Assembly (NCBI GenBank): GCA_963779415.1
Contig: CAVZYA010000001.1
Location: forward strand, 192,001 to 256,000
Source: an uncultured Acidobacteriota bacterium
GTDB lineage: Bacteria > Acidobacteriota > Thermoanaerobaculia > UBA5066
DNA length: 64,000 nt
Direction: 5' to 3'
Of this stretch, positions 21,453 through 31,267 are shown one piece after another; positions within the stretch are counted from its first letter, which is position 1, and every line of letters begins with the position of its first letter. Position numbers and translations under genes: made by a program. The notes below the pieces were generated by a model, which was not told the origin of the DNA, did not search any database, and was given only the letters and a program-made list of their open reading frames with translations.

Positions 21453-21743
21453 CTAGAGACCGAGAATGAAGACGGGCGCGAGCGCGGCGAGCGCGGCGCC
21501 GACTTGCAACGCCAGCACCCGCAGCGCCTGCCTTGGACTCCGCGGTAGCCACGTGATCGCGAAGAACGCGACGATCGGGATCTGTGCCGCCATGAGGAAC
21601 TGCCAGAGATGGGCGGCGGTCCCCTCGTCGGCCTCGCGGGCAACGCCGAAGATGGCGACGTGAACGAGCACCGTGGCGAGGGCGGCGAACGACATTGCCA
21701 GTGGGAGAAACGCGCTCGGCTTCTTCAGTTCGGAAATGTCCAT
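21453..21743 (-). CDS. Small 3-TM hypothetical membrane protein
   Basis: GGAGG RBS, three hydrophobic segments, DEGTAAHLWQ loop. Confidence 0.7.
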   Translation of the reverse strand: MDISELKKPSAFLPLAMSFAALATVLVHVAIFGVAREADEGTAAHLWQFLMAAQIPIVAFFAITWLPRSPRQALRVLALQVGAALAALAPVFILGL

Positions 21744-21889
21744 CCGGCGACCTCCCGTGGCGGTCCGGATTGTATCTTGACGAACGACTACGCCGGCGTC
21801 GACGCGCCGGCGGAGTCCTATCCCCGCTTGGGCCGGGCTCGCTCCGCCGCCGGCCTGGGCGCCCCGGACGGCAATCGGAGCCGTCTCGA

Positions 21890-23701
21890 TCAAGGTTTGC
21901 GCCGCGCGATGAATGTGCCGCCCGGCTCCCGGAACTCGAGCTCCGTGATGGGATTCCCGTCGTCCTCTCTGAAAACTACGGTGGTCATCGGATCCTCCTT
22001 GATGATGAACTCGCCGCCAGGAGCCGGCATGAGGTGAAACGGCGATTCTCCGGCCAGCCTTAGCTCGAGACGACTCCCCGCCAGGTCAATCCTGACGGCC
22101 CGCTTGTCCTCCAGCTCGTAGTCTCCCTCGAATCGGGTGAGGAACGCGGGGTCAAGAAAGCGGGTCGCAGGCTTCCTCGTGAAGACGATATCTCTTACCC
22201 GCGGCTCGAAGGGCACATCGACGGCGGCGACGTTGCCTCGCTGATCCGTCTGGAAGAGGAACTTCATGTCTTCGAGGCGGTGGTCGCCGTCCGTGCTCGT
22301 TCCGCCATTCCAGACGTCGTAATGCCAGTGCGAGAGCGGTACTGTCATCGCGTTGTAGGTCGCTTCGAGGTGATCGCCCTGCACGCAAACGCGGAGCAAC
22401 CCATAGCCGGAATTCTCGTAATCCCCTTCGTACTCGGATAAGACATGCGAGGGACCGGTTCCGGGCTTTCGGCCGACGTCCTTTCGGGTTTCGGTCGCGT
22501 CGATCGCGGTGCGTCGCGCCGATCGGGTGCCGAGAGCCTCGCCGATCCAGTCGACGGTCGGGAGGCCCAGGAGCCGGTCGATTGTTTCGCGAGCGAGGAG
22601 CGTGTGAACGGTATCGGCGTGATCCTTGTTCATGAGGATAACGATGGCGATGCCATCCGTCGGCAAGAGAGCCACACGGGACGTGAATCCGTTGATGTTT
22701 CCCGTCTGGCCCACGATCCGGTGACCGCGATAGAGACACGTGTCCCACCCCATCGCATACGCCGTCGCCGTGGCCTCGAGACAGTCGCCTCCTCCGTCCA
22801 TGACCATCTGGGACGAGTGGATTTCCGCAAGGGTCGCCGGACCGATCAGCTGCCTGCCGGGAGCCTTGCCGCCCGTCAGGTGAGCGAGCATCCATTTCGA
22901 CATGTCATTGGCTGAGGAGTAGATTCCGCCGGCCGGATTGATCAGCGGGTCGACGTATCGGCGGACGGGGCGGAGTGCGCCATGCTCCTCCTTGTACGGT
23001 TTGGCCAGAGCGGCGTCCGCCGGCGCGTCTGCCACGGAACAGATCGATTTTTCCATTCCGAGCGGTGCGAAGATGCGCTGCCGTACTTCCCTCTCCCAGC
23101 TGCTCCCGGTGGCCGTTTCCAGCACGGCGCCGGCCGCAATGAACATGAGATTGTTGTATTCGCCTCTCGTCCGCAGGGAGCTGTCGGACTCCAGGAATCG
23201 AAGCCGCCGTACCAGCTCTCGCCGGGAGAGCGAGGAATTGCGATACCAGACCAGGTCGTGGCGGGGCAGGCCTGACCGATGGGTCACCATGTCCCGGAGG
23301 GTCAGCTGCTGCGTCGCGAACTCATCCGACATCTCGAAGCCCGGAATCCGGGTCCTGACGGGTGCGTCCCAGTCGAGCGTTCCTTCGTCCACGAGCTGGC
23401 CGATCAGAAACGTCGTGAATGTCTTCGCGTTGGACGCGATCGCGAAAAGTGTGTCGGGGGTTACCGGGAGCTTCTGGTCGACGTCCCGGTAACCGAAGCC
23501 CCTCGCGTCAACGGCACCGTCCGCCCGGACGATGGCGAGAGCCATTCCGGGAATGTTCCAGCCGCGCATGGCCTTTTCGACGAGCGCGTCGAGATCGGCC
23601 AGCGCCTCCGACGGAGGCGTCGCTGACAGGTGCGGCGGGGGGACGACGAGCAGGAGGAGGACGATGAGAAAAGCCGCTCGCACGGTCCGGGCGGCCATCA
23701 T
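21890..23701 (-). CDS. Serine hydrolase (beta-lactamase family) with DUF3471-like C-terminal domains
   Basis: Signal peptide, SNAK (SxxK), YNN (YxN), THRSGLP. Confidence 0.9.
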   Translation of the reverse strand: MMAARTVRAAFLIVLLLLVVPPPHLSATPPSEALADLDALVEKAMRGWNIPGMALAIVRADGAVDARGFGYRDVDQKLPVTPDTLFAIASNAKTFTTFLIGQLVDEGTLDWDAPVRTRIPGFEMSDEFATQQLTLRDMVTHRSGLPRHDLVWYRNSSLSRRELVRRLRFLESDSSLRTRGEYNNLMFIAAGAVLETATGSSWEREVRQRIFAPLGMEKSICSVADAPADAALAKPYKEEHGALRPVRRYVDPLINPAGGIYSSANDMSKWMLAHLTGGKAPGRQLIGPATLAEIHSSQMVMDGGGDCLEATATAYAMGWDTCLYRGHRIVGQTGNINGFTSRVALLPTDGIAIVILMNKDHADTVHTLLARETIDRLLGLPTVDWIGEALGTRSARRTAIDATETRKDVGRKPGTGPSHVLSEYEGDYENSGYGLLRVCVQGDHLEATYNAMTVPLSHWHYDVWNGGTSTDGDHRLEDMKFLFQTDQRGNVAAVDVPFEPRVRDIVFTRKPATRFLDPAFLTRFEGDYELEDKRAVRIDLAGSRLELRLAGESPFHLMPAPGGEFIIKEDPMTTVVFREDDGNPITELEFREPGGTFIARRKP

Positions 23702-24765
23702 CTCGCTTTCCCCGCGGCCGCCAGGTACTCATCCAGAGTCTTCTGAAGTTCTGCCCGGTCGTGAGGATCGGCAAGACGGACGGCGCGGCGCTGCGCGTCA
23801 ATCGTTCCTGTCCACTCCCCCTGTGCGGAGCAGACCCGTGCGAGCGTCGCTGCGGTGCTGGCGTTGGATTCGCCGGCGAGGGCGTCCGCTCGTTCCGCGC
23901 AGAGGCGAGCGAGATCGAGGTCGCGAGGTTGAAGATCCAGCTTGGGGTCGAGGACCATCTCCGCGAGCCGGACCAGCATGCCGCGGTCGGCCTTCAGAAA
24001 TGTCGCGGCGGCGCGCCGACCAAACGCGGCGGCTCGACCCGGGTCCTTCATCCGATACGCCAGGATCTTGTATTCATGCGCCGCGTAGCCGGCCGCGACC
24101 TGCTCGTCGGCTTGGAGAAGCTCTTGATAGAGCGCATCCCCCTTGGGCCACTCCTCGCGGGCGTAGAACGTCTCGAAGATGCTTGCCACCCGGAGGGCGC
24201 TCGCCCGCCGCTTGTACCTCGTCGCAGCCGCCTGAAGGTCGAACGTTCCGGCGAGAATCGCATCGAGGCTCGCATCCAGCTTCTCGGGATGGCCGATGTA
24301 GGCGATTCGTCCGGTGCGGTCGACAACGAAGCACCAGGGCCAACCTGACGATTGTTCACGGGCCATCCACGATTCGTAGAATTTCCGTCCTTCATCCCAT
24401 GCGATGGCGTAATCGATGTCGTTCTTCTTGTCGACGAGGACCTCTTTCGCCGCGGCGAGCGTGGTTCCGTAAGGGTCGGGTCCGGTCACGCCGATCACGG
24501 TCAGCTGTCTGCGGCTCTCGCGATGCTGCAGCTCGGTCAGATGCTTCATCCCGCCGAGACAAGGGCCGCACCAGGGCGCCCAGACATCGATGACATAGAC
24601 GCGGCCGGGAACGAACGAGGTGATGGGTCTTCCTTTGAGCCATTTCGCGACGTGCAGCGGCGGCGCGGGAGCGCCGACCAGAGGCGCCGTATCGTCGGTA
24701 GTCGCTGCACGGTGAAACGGCTGGATGGCGATCATGCAGGACAAGGCGGCGAGAAACGCCTTCAT
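23698..24765 (-). CDS. Exported TlpA/redoxin family protein with TPR-like C-terminus
   Basis: WAPWCGPC, GWP, helical C-terminal region. Confidence 0.85.
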   Translation of the reverse strand: MKAFLAALSCMIAIQPFHRAATTDDTAPLVGAPAPPLHVAKWLKGRPITSFVPGRVYVIDVWAPWCGPCLGGMKHLTELQHRESRRQLTVIGVTGPDPYGTTLAAAKEVLVDKKNDIDYAIAWDEGRKFYESWMAREQSSGWPWCFVVDRTGRIAYIGHPEKLDASLDAILAGTFDLQAAATRYKRRASALRVASIFETFYAREEWPKGDALYQELLQADEQVAAGYAAHEYKILAYRMKDPGRAAAFGRRAAATFLKADRGMLVRLAEMVLDPKLDLQPRDLDLARLCAERADALAGESNASTAATLARVCSAQGEWTGTIDAQRRAVRLADPHDRAELQKTLDEYLAAAGKAR

Positions 24766-24773
24766 GTGCCCTC

Positions 24774-25907
24774 CTATTCACTCTTTTCCAGGAAGATCTC
24801 GCCATTCGTGGCGGAGACCCGGACGTTGTGTTCCCCGGACCCGACGAGACCGGACGCCCGTTCATGTTTCATCGGAGGTCCGCTGCCGGCGCTCCATTCG
24901 AGCGAGGGCGTCGTCTTCAGGGGCCACGGGCTGTGAATCCGGGGTCGCCCGGCGTACTCCCGCGTGTAGGAGAGTTCGCCTTCGATGGTCAGTCCCCAGT
25001 CCGGGGGGACCTTGAGATGAACGTCCCCGTTCTCCGATGAGATCTTCACGTCCTGGCGGACGCCCGCGCGCCCCGTCACAAGGGTCACCCAGACGTTTCC
25101 GGCCGAAGTGTCCGCCTCCACGCCGGCGCCGATCTCGTGGAGCCGGATGTCGCCGGCGGCCGTCCAGATCTTGACCGGACCGCCGGACCTCATGATCTCG
25201 ACGTCGCCCGCGAAGGTGCGCACATCCGCGCCGTTCGGCGCGTCGCGCAGCTTTACGGGACCGGCGTCCACCCGAATAATGACCGGAGCGCCGGAGTTCG
25301 ATGGGGAGGATGTCCTGGCGTTCGTCGACGTGACACGGCCGCCGGCGGAGATCGCCTGCAGGCCGCCGGGCACGTTCGTCAGGACGACGGCCCCCGCCGC
25401 GGTCCGTACGATGCCGTCGACTTCAGAATCGGCGACCTCGATGGCTCCGGCGAGCGTTTCGAGATGGAGGTGACCCCGGGTATGGGCCACCTGGATCGTG
25501 CCGGCCATTGTCGTTCCCGAGAGGGAACCGATCACGCTCTCGACGACGATCCGGCCGCCGGCGCTGTGAATCGTCGTGCGGAGATTCCGCGGAAGAAGGA
25601 CCGTGACCGAGACGTGAGGAGGCGAGGTCGCGCCGCCGGCGAAGCCCGATGTCACCGTGATGAGATCGCCCGCGCCTTGCAAGGACAGGGTGGCATGCTC
25701 CGCCCCCGGGCCGGTGGCACGACTCGCGACCGTGACGGAGTTGTCCTCGTGGCCGCGCAGGGTAAGGTCGCCTCCCGTCGACATCGTGATTTCGAGGTGC
25801 GCTCCCCGATTGGCGACCGCGCTCTTCTCGATCACGGTCGCCGCCGAGGACGGACTTCCGGAACCGGCAAGAAGCGCGATGTCGAAGAGAAGGACGTACG
25901 GGTTCAT
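24774..25907 (-). CDS. DUF4097-type beta-strand repeat protein
   Basis: Repeated T(x)AG(D/N)I/V units. Confidence 0.8.
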   Translation of the reverse strand: MNPYVLLFDIALLAGSGSPSSAATVIEKSAVANRGAHLEITMSTGGDLTLRGHEDNSVTVASRATGPGAEHATLSLQGAGDLITVTSGFAGGATSPPHVSVTVLLPRNLRTTIHSAGGRIVVESVIGSLSGTTMAGTIQVAHTRGHLHLETLAGAIEVADSEVDGIVRTAAGAVVLTNVPGGLQAISAGGRVTSTNARTSSPSNSGAPVIIRVDAGPVKLRDAPNGADVRTFAGDVEIMRSGGPVKIWTAAGDIRLHEIGAGVEADTSAGNVWVTLVTGRAGVRQDVKISSENGDVHLKVPPDWGLTIEGELSYTREYAGRPRIHSPWPLKTTPSLEWSAGSGPPMKHERASGLVGSGEHNVRVSATNGEIFLEKSE

Positions 25908-25918
25908 GAGCTCGCCTT

Positions 25919-26848
25919 TCAGTCCGAGTAGGTACTCAGGTAACGCCGGGCGTGAATCAACACCGGCCGGCTCGTCGCGGGGTCACCCGCCTCGAGCGCC
26001 GCCGTAATCCTGCTCGGATCAGTCCGGTACTTGACGAGGCAATCGGTGGCAGCCAGCTTCATCGTGACAGGCGCCTCCGACGACAGGATTCCAAGGAGGG
26101 ACTCGAGGACGGCGGCATCCCGCGGCATTCCGGACAGACGGGTCGTGGCGGCCAGACGCACGGCGGAGCTGGGATCGTTCCGCATCGAGTGGATAAGGGC
26201 GTCTCGAGTCGCGGTGTTTCGGGCGGGATCTGCCAGCTGGACCGCCTTGAGCCTCTGGTAGAGAAGCCCTTCGGCGAGCCAGGGCTGGACGATCTCCCTT
26301 TCGAGGAGGGGGTCGCCGCGATCGAGTCGAAGCCGGATTTCCTGCCCGGCGATGCCGGTGATCTCGACGTGATCACGATCGGAGTCGACAACGCGGATGC
26401 TCGTCAGAAGGTAGGGGGTGCCGTGCCCGCCCGATTTCCCGCCCGGCCGGGCCGCGTCGCGCGCCAGCATGCCGACGATGTCGCGGCCGGGGTCGTTGCC
26501 CGGAGAAAACGGCCGGTGGGCCGCCCCGAGCAGATATCCGACGAGTGCCGCCGCAACCGCTTGACCCGCGTAGACGAACGCCGGATGCAGGCGGAACGCT
26601 CTGCTCGGCGGCTCCGAAGGAAGTCGCCGGTCGAGCACCTCGAGCACCCTCGAACGAACGGCCTCGAGCTCCGTGTCCTCGGCCGTGACCGAGTGTTGCA
26701 TCTCCGCGAGACGGAGAGCGAGATCGAAATCGTCCGAGCATGACACGCACGATCGGTGGTGTGGCGACGTGCGATGAAGGTCGACGAGCGCTTGAACGCT
26801 GTTCCCGGCGGCATCGATGGATCGCTGGAACTCTTTACATTCGGACAT
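25919..26848 (-). CDS. Zinc-finger anti-sigma factor with TM helix and HEAT repeats
   Basis: HxxxCxxC, TM segment, DPSSAVRLAA HEAT motif; overlaps sigma gene. Confidence 0.8.
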   Translation of the reverse strand: MSECKEFQRSIDAAGNSVQALVDLHRTSPHHRSCVSCSDDFDLALRLAEMQHSVTAEDTELEAVRSRVLEVLDRRLPSEPPSRAFRLHPAFVYAGQAVAAALVGYLLGAAHRPFSPGNDPGRDIVGMLARDAARPGGKSGGHGTPYLLTSIRVVDSDRDHVEITGIAGQEIRLRLDRGDPLLEREIVQPWLAEGLLYQRLKAVQLADPARNTATRDALIHSMRNDPSSAVRLAATTRLSGMPRDAAVLESLLGILSSEAPVTMKLAATDCLVKYRTDPSRITAALEAGDPATSRPVLIHARRYLSTYSD

Positions 26849-27428
26849 GAACATCTTTCTCGAGTCGCTCGGTTGGAACGGACCGTTGACGCCACAGAGT
26901 GCGCAGCTTGCGATGGGCGCGGTGAAGTACGTTTTTCGTAACGGCAGAACTCGAGCCGAGAACCGCCGCGATTTCGTCGATGGAGCATCCTTCGAAATAG
27001 CGGAGCGTGATGGTGAGTCGGTGCCGTACGGTCAGCCGACCGATGAGAGCGATGAGCCGCAACCGCTCCTGTTTAGAGATGACGGAAGCTTCGGGATCAG
27101 CGGCTCGATCCACGAGCGCGTCCGCACTCGACACGGGCAGCGAGCCGGGTGCTTCGCGTTTCCAGCGCTTCTGCCACGTGACCGACTCGTTGTACGCGAT
27201 ACGCAGAAGCCAGGTGCGGAAGCTCGACCGGCTCGCGAAGGATCCGAGGTGCGAATAGGCTTTCAGAAAAATGATCTGAGCAAGGTCGAGCGCCGACTGG
27301 TGAGACCCCGTGAAACCATAGGCAACCCGATACACCGCCTGCTGATGGCGGTGCATCAGTTCGTTGAATGCCTCCCGGTCGCCCCGCAGAACATCGGCAA
27401 TCAGGATTTCATCGGCTGGTTCTTTCAT
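26835..27428 (-). CDS. ECF RNA polymerase sigma factor
   Basis: GDREAFNELM, DLAQIIF, FRTWLLRIAYN, SIDEIAAVLG. Confidence 0.92.
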   Translation of the reverse strand: MKEPADEILIADVLRGDREAFNELMHRHQQAVYRVAYGFTGSHQSALDLAQIIFLKAYSHLGSFASRSSFRTWLLRIAYNESVTWQKRWKREAPGSLPVSSADALVDRAADPEASVISKQERLRLIALIGRLTVRHRLTITLRYFEGCSIDEIAAVLGSSSAVTKNVLHRAHRKLRTLWRQRSVPTERLEKDVHVRM

Positions 27429-27557
27429 CGAGGCCGCTTCAACATCATTAGACAATCGGCTCGGAAAAAGGTGAGCCATGTTTCGGTCTCGCCGCCGCGA
27501 AAGAACCGCTCTGTCCTCCGGGAATTCAGCGACGGAGAACGGACTGTCCGATCTGCG

Positions 27558-28226
27558 CTAACCCCGCTTCGGGCGGGTGCGCTCTTCGACGGCTGCGAGG
27601 CGGTAGCTGAGGTTCTCGAGGAAGAGGGTGAGGTCGACGTTCTTGACCTCGAGGCCGGGGACCGGGGCGAGGGTGATCGGGGCGAAGTTCAGGATCGCCT
27701 TGACGCCCGCGGTCCGGAGGACGACGGCGACGGAGGGGACGGCCTCGGCGGGGATGGCCAGGACGCCGATCTCGGCCTTCTCGGCCGCCGCGGCCGCCGG
27801 AAGCTCGGAGATGTCGCGGATCAGGACGCCGGTGCGCGAGTGGCCGCCGACCTTCCGCCGGTCGTTGTCGAAGAGGGCCAGGACCCGGAAGCCGTCGGAA
27901 TTGAAGTTCTTCGAGTCGGCGAGCGCCTGGCCGAGATGGCCGGCCCCGATGACGACGACGGTCCGGGAACGGTCGAGGCCGAGGACGGCCGAGAGGCGCT
28001 GCTTCAGCTCCCCGACGCGGTAGCCGACGCCGCGAACGCCGAACTCGCCGAACTGCGCGAGGTCCTTCCGGATCTGCGCCGCGTTGAGCCCGAATCGCTC
28101 CGCGAGCTGCAGCGACGAGACGGTCCCGACGCCGTCCGTCTCGAGGATCCGGAGGCTTCGGAGGAGGAGCGAGAGGCGGTGGGTCGTCGCCTCGGAGACG
28201 GTCTCGGGGGGCTCTTTCGGCGTCAC
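27558..28226 (-). CDS. rex: Redox-sensing transcriptional repressor Rex
   Basis: QIRKDLAQFGEFGVRGVGY, GAGHLGQAL, ILNFAP. Confidence 0.96.
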   Translation of the reverse strand: MTPKEPPETVSEATTHRLSLLLRSLRILETDGVGTVSSLQLAERFGLNAAQIRKDLAQFGEFGVRGVGYRVGELKQRLSAVLGLDRSRTVVVIGAGHLGQALADSKNFNSDGFRVLALFDNDRRKVGGHSRTGVLIRDISELPAAAAAEKAEIGVLAIPAEAVPSVAVVLRTAGVKAILNFAPITLAPVPGLEVKNVDLTLFLENLSYRLAAVEERTRPKRG

Positions 28227-28247
28227 GTCGCCTCCGCCTCCTCGCTC

Positions 28248-29717
28248 CTACCGGACCGCGAGGGCCTGGACGGCGACACGGGCCGCGTCGATCAGGCCGC
28301 GCGGGAGGATGCCGAAGAAGAGAATGCCGGCCCCGAGGAGGATCCAGGCCGCGCCCGCGAGGGCGTCATCCTCGTGGAGCGGCACCTCCCGGGTCGGCTC
28401 CTTCATCCAGAGGACGTAGACGACGCGAAGATAGTACCCGACGGAGACGAGGCTTCCGGCGACGCCGACGAGAGCGAGACCGACGAGGCCGGCGTCGACG
28501 GCCGAGCGGAAGACGAGAAGCTTCCCGATGAACCCGACGGTGGGCGGAAGGCCCGTGAGGGAGATCATCGAGAGCGTCAGGATCGCAGCCGCGGAGCCGT
28601 TCCGGCGGCCGAGCCCGGCGAGGTCGGCGAGCGACTTCGGCTCGGTCTCGCCGCTCGAGAGCGCCGCCACGGCGAGGAAGGCGGCGGCGTTCGTGACGAG
28701 GTATCCCGCGAGGAAGACGAGCGCTCCCTCGACGGCTTCGCGCGAGAGGGTGGCGAGAGCGATCGCGAGGTATCCCATCTGCGCGATCCCCGAGTAGGCG
28801 AGCATCCGTTTCAGGTCCCGCTGCGAGAGGGCCACGATGTTCCCGAAGAGGATCGACGCCACCGCCAGGAGGCCGAGGAGGGGCCGCCACGGCTCGGCCG
28901 TCCCGCTGCTTCCGGGCGGGACGACGGCATAGAGAAGGCGAAACGCGACGACGGCGGCGGCGGCCTTCGGGACGGTGGAGAGGAACGTGACGGCCGGGGT
29001 CGTCATCCCCTGGTAGACGTCGGGAGCCCAGGCGTGGAAGGGAACGAGCGCGAGCTTGAACGAGAGCCCCGCGAGGATGGCGACGGTCCCGACGACGACG
29101 AGCGGATCGAAGGCGAGGCTCACGGTCCCGCCGAACGCTCCGGCGATCCGGGGGAGATACGTCGTCCCGGTCCGGCCGTAGAGCGTCGCGACGCCATAGA
29201 GGAGGACGGCGGACGAGAGCGCCCCCATCAGGAAGTACTTCATCCCCGCTTCCGCCGAGGCGGGAAGCTCGCGGTACCACGACGCGAGGACGTAGAGCGG
29301 GATCGACATCAACTCGAGGCCGATGAAGACGACGAGGAGGTCGGTCCCTTTCGCCATCAGCATGGCGCCGGTCGCGGACCAGAGAAGGAGGGCGTAGAAC
29401 TCTCCCTGGTTCTTTCCGTCGCGCGCGAGCGTGGCGCCGGAGCCGAGGACGGCGATGGCCGCACCGGAGAGGACGAGCATCTCGACGAAGCGCGTCAGGG
29501 CGGACGTCTCCACGGCGCCGTCGAACCACGTGCCGGGGGCGGCGGCCCCGAAGATGTTCGCGAGCGCGAGCGTGCCGAGGGTCAGGTAGGGGAACGAGGG
29601 GCGCGTCGGACGGCCGAAGGCGTCGAGGAAGATCAGGAGGATCCCTGCGAGGGAAAGGAGGATTTCGGGCGCGACGGAGGCGAGATCGCCGGCGGAAACG
29701 TGGAGGAAGCCGGGCAT
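28248..29717 (-). CDS. nuoN: NADH-quinone oxidoreductase subunit N
   Basis: EAGMKYF, FKLALVPFHAWAPDVYQG, KRMLAYS. Confidence 0.96.
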   Translation of the reverse strand: MPGFLHVSAGDLASVAPEILLSLAGILLIFLDAFGRPTRPSFPYLTLGTLALANIFGAAAPGTWFDGAVETSALTRFVEMLVLSGAAIAVLGSGATLARDGKNQGEFYALLLWSATGAMLMAKGTDLLVVFIGLELMSIPLYVLASWYRELPASAEAGMKYFLMGALSSAVLLYGVATLYGRTGTTYLPRIAGAFGGTVSLAFDPLVVVGTVAILAGLSFKLALVPFHAWAPDVYQGMTTPAVTFLSTVPKAAAAVVAFRLLYAVVPPGSSGTAEPWRPLLGLLAVASILFGNIVALSQRDLKRMLAYSGIAQMGYLAIALATLSREAVEGALVFLAGYLVTNAAAFLAVAALSSGETEPKSLADLAGLGRRNGSAAAILTLSMISLTGLPPTVGFIGKLLVFRSAVDAGLVGLALVGVAGSLVSVGYYLRVVYVLWMKEPTREVPLHEDDALAGAAWILLGAGILFFGILPRGLIDAARVAVQALAVR

Positions 29718-31261
29718 CAGGAGAGTCCCTTCGCGCGGAGAATCTGGACGACGACGTCGACGGAGGGGCCGATCAGCTTCAGGAGCGGCGCGGGATAGAG
29801 GCCGAGGAGGACGACGAGGACGATCATCGGGAGGGCTCCCGCGAACTCCCAGCCGTTGATGTCCGAAAGGTGGCGGTTCTCCGGGACGAGATCGGGGCCC
29901 CAGAAGACCTTCTGGATGAGCGTCAGGAGGTAGACGGCCCCGAGGATCATCCCGAGGGCGGCCACCGCGCTCCAGAGGACGCTCACGCGGAAGACGCCTC
30001 CGAGCATCAGGAATTCCCCGACAAAGCCGTTCAGACCCGGGAGTCCGGCCGAGCCCAGTGCCGCAATCAGAAAGAGCGTCGTCGTCAGCGGCACGCGCGC
30101 GGCGACGCCCCCGTAGTCGGCCATCTCGCGGGTGTGCCGCCTCTCGTAGAGGACGCCGACGAGGAGGAAGAGGAGGCCGGTCGTCAGGCCGTGCCCCACC
30201 ATCTGGACGATCGCTCCCGTGACTGCCATCGCCGTGCCGGCGAATATGGCGAGAACGACGAGCGCGAGGTGACTCACCGAAGAGTAGGCCACCAGCTTCT
30301 TCATGTCCTTCTGGGCGAAAGCGACCCACGCGCCGTAGACGACGCCGATGAGGGAGAGAAGGGCGATCAGCGGCGTGAAGCGGAGGGCGGAAGCCGGAAA
30401 GAGCGGGATCGCGAAGCGGAGGAGGCCGTACGCGCCGAGCTTCAGGAGGACCCCGGCCAGGATCACCGAGCCCCCCGTCGGGGCCTCGACGTGCGCATCC
30501 GGCAGCCACGTGTGAAGCGGCCAGAGCGGAACCTTGACGAGAAACGCGAGAGCGAAAGCCCCGAACAGGAGCGCCTCGGTGCCGGGGGGAAGGGCCCAGG
30601 CCCCTGCCGCCACGGCGCGCGTCCAGTCCAGGACGGAGAAGCTCCGGATCCCCGTCCTCTGCAGGTGGAGGTTCGCGCAGACGAGGATCGCGACGAACAT
30701 CAGGAGCGACCCGACCATCGTGAAGAGGAAGAACTTCATCGCGGCGTAGATCCGCCGCTTCCCGCCCCAGATCCCGATGATGAAGTACATCGGGACGAGC
30801 ATCACTTCCCAGAAGACGTAGAAGAGGATCGTGTCGAGTGCGACGAGGCTCCCGAGCATCCCCGTTTCGAGGATGAGGAAGGCCGCCATGTATCCCTTCA
30901 GGCGCGTCAGGTGCTGCCCGCAGGCGACGACGAGGACGCAGAGGGTCAGGAGCGTCGTCAGGAGGACGAGCGAGACCGCGAGCCCGTCCACGCCCAGCTC
31001 GTAGTAGATGCCGAAGCGGGGCATCCATGGCTGGTAGACGCGAAAACCGGTCACGCCCGGCGTCGCCGGGTCGAAGCGGAGCGCCATCAGGACGGAGGCG
31101 GCGAAGGTGAGGCCGGACGTGCCGACCGCGACCGCCTGGATGGCGGCCTTCGCCTCCTTCGGCACGAAGAGGAGGATCAGCGCCCCGACGACGGGAAGGA
31201 AGAGCATCGTCGTCAGAAGGTCGGTGCCGAGCCAGTCGAGGTGCAGGAGGGTCGTCAGCAT
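29717..31261 (-). CDS. nuoM: NADH-quinone oxidoreductase subunit M
   Basis: PLHTWLPDAHVEAPT, LLKLGAYG, GLNGFVGE. Confidence 0.97.
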   Translation of the reverse strand: MLTTLLHLDWLGTDLLTTMLFLPVVGALILLFVPKEAKAAIQAVAVGTSGLTFAASVLMALRFDPATPGVTGFRVYQPWMPRFGIYYELGVDGLAVSLVLLTTLLTLCVLVVACGQHLTRLKGYMAAFLILETGMLGSLVALDTILFYVFWEVMLVPMYFIIGIWGGKRRIYAAMKFFLFTMVGSLLMFVAILVCANLHLQRTGIRSFSVLDWTRAVAAGAWALPPGTEALLFGAFALAFLVKVPLWPLHTWLPDAHVEAPTGGSVILAGVLLKLGAYGLLRFAIPLFPASALRFTPLIALLSLIGVVYGAWVAFAQKDMKKLVAYSSVSHLALVVLAIFAGTAMAVTGAIVQMVGHGLTTGLLFLLVGVLYERRHTREMADYGGVAARVPLTTTLFLIAALGSAGLPGLNGFVGEFLMLGGVFRVSVLWSAVAALGMILGAVYLLTLIQKVFWGPDLVPENRHLSDINGWEFAGALPMIVLVVLLGLYPAPLLKLIGPSVDVVVQILRAKGLS

Positions 31262-31267
31262 GGCCGG

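Noticed and set aside
24781-24800. Extra copy of the intragenic motif (TTCCAGGAAGATCTC)
   Set aside because: Single weak arm made of ordinary codons (EIFLEK), no inverted partner seen
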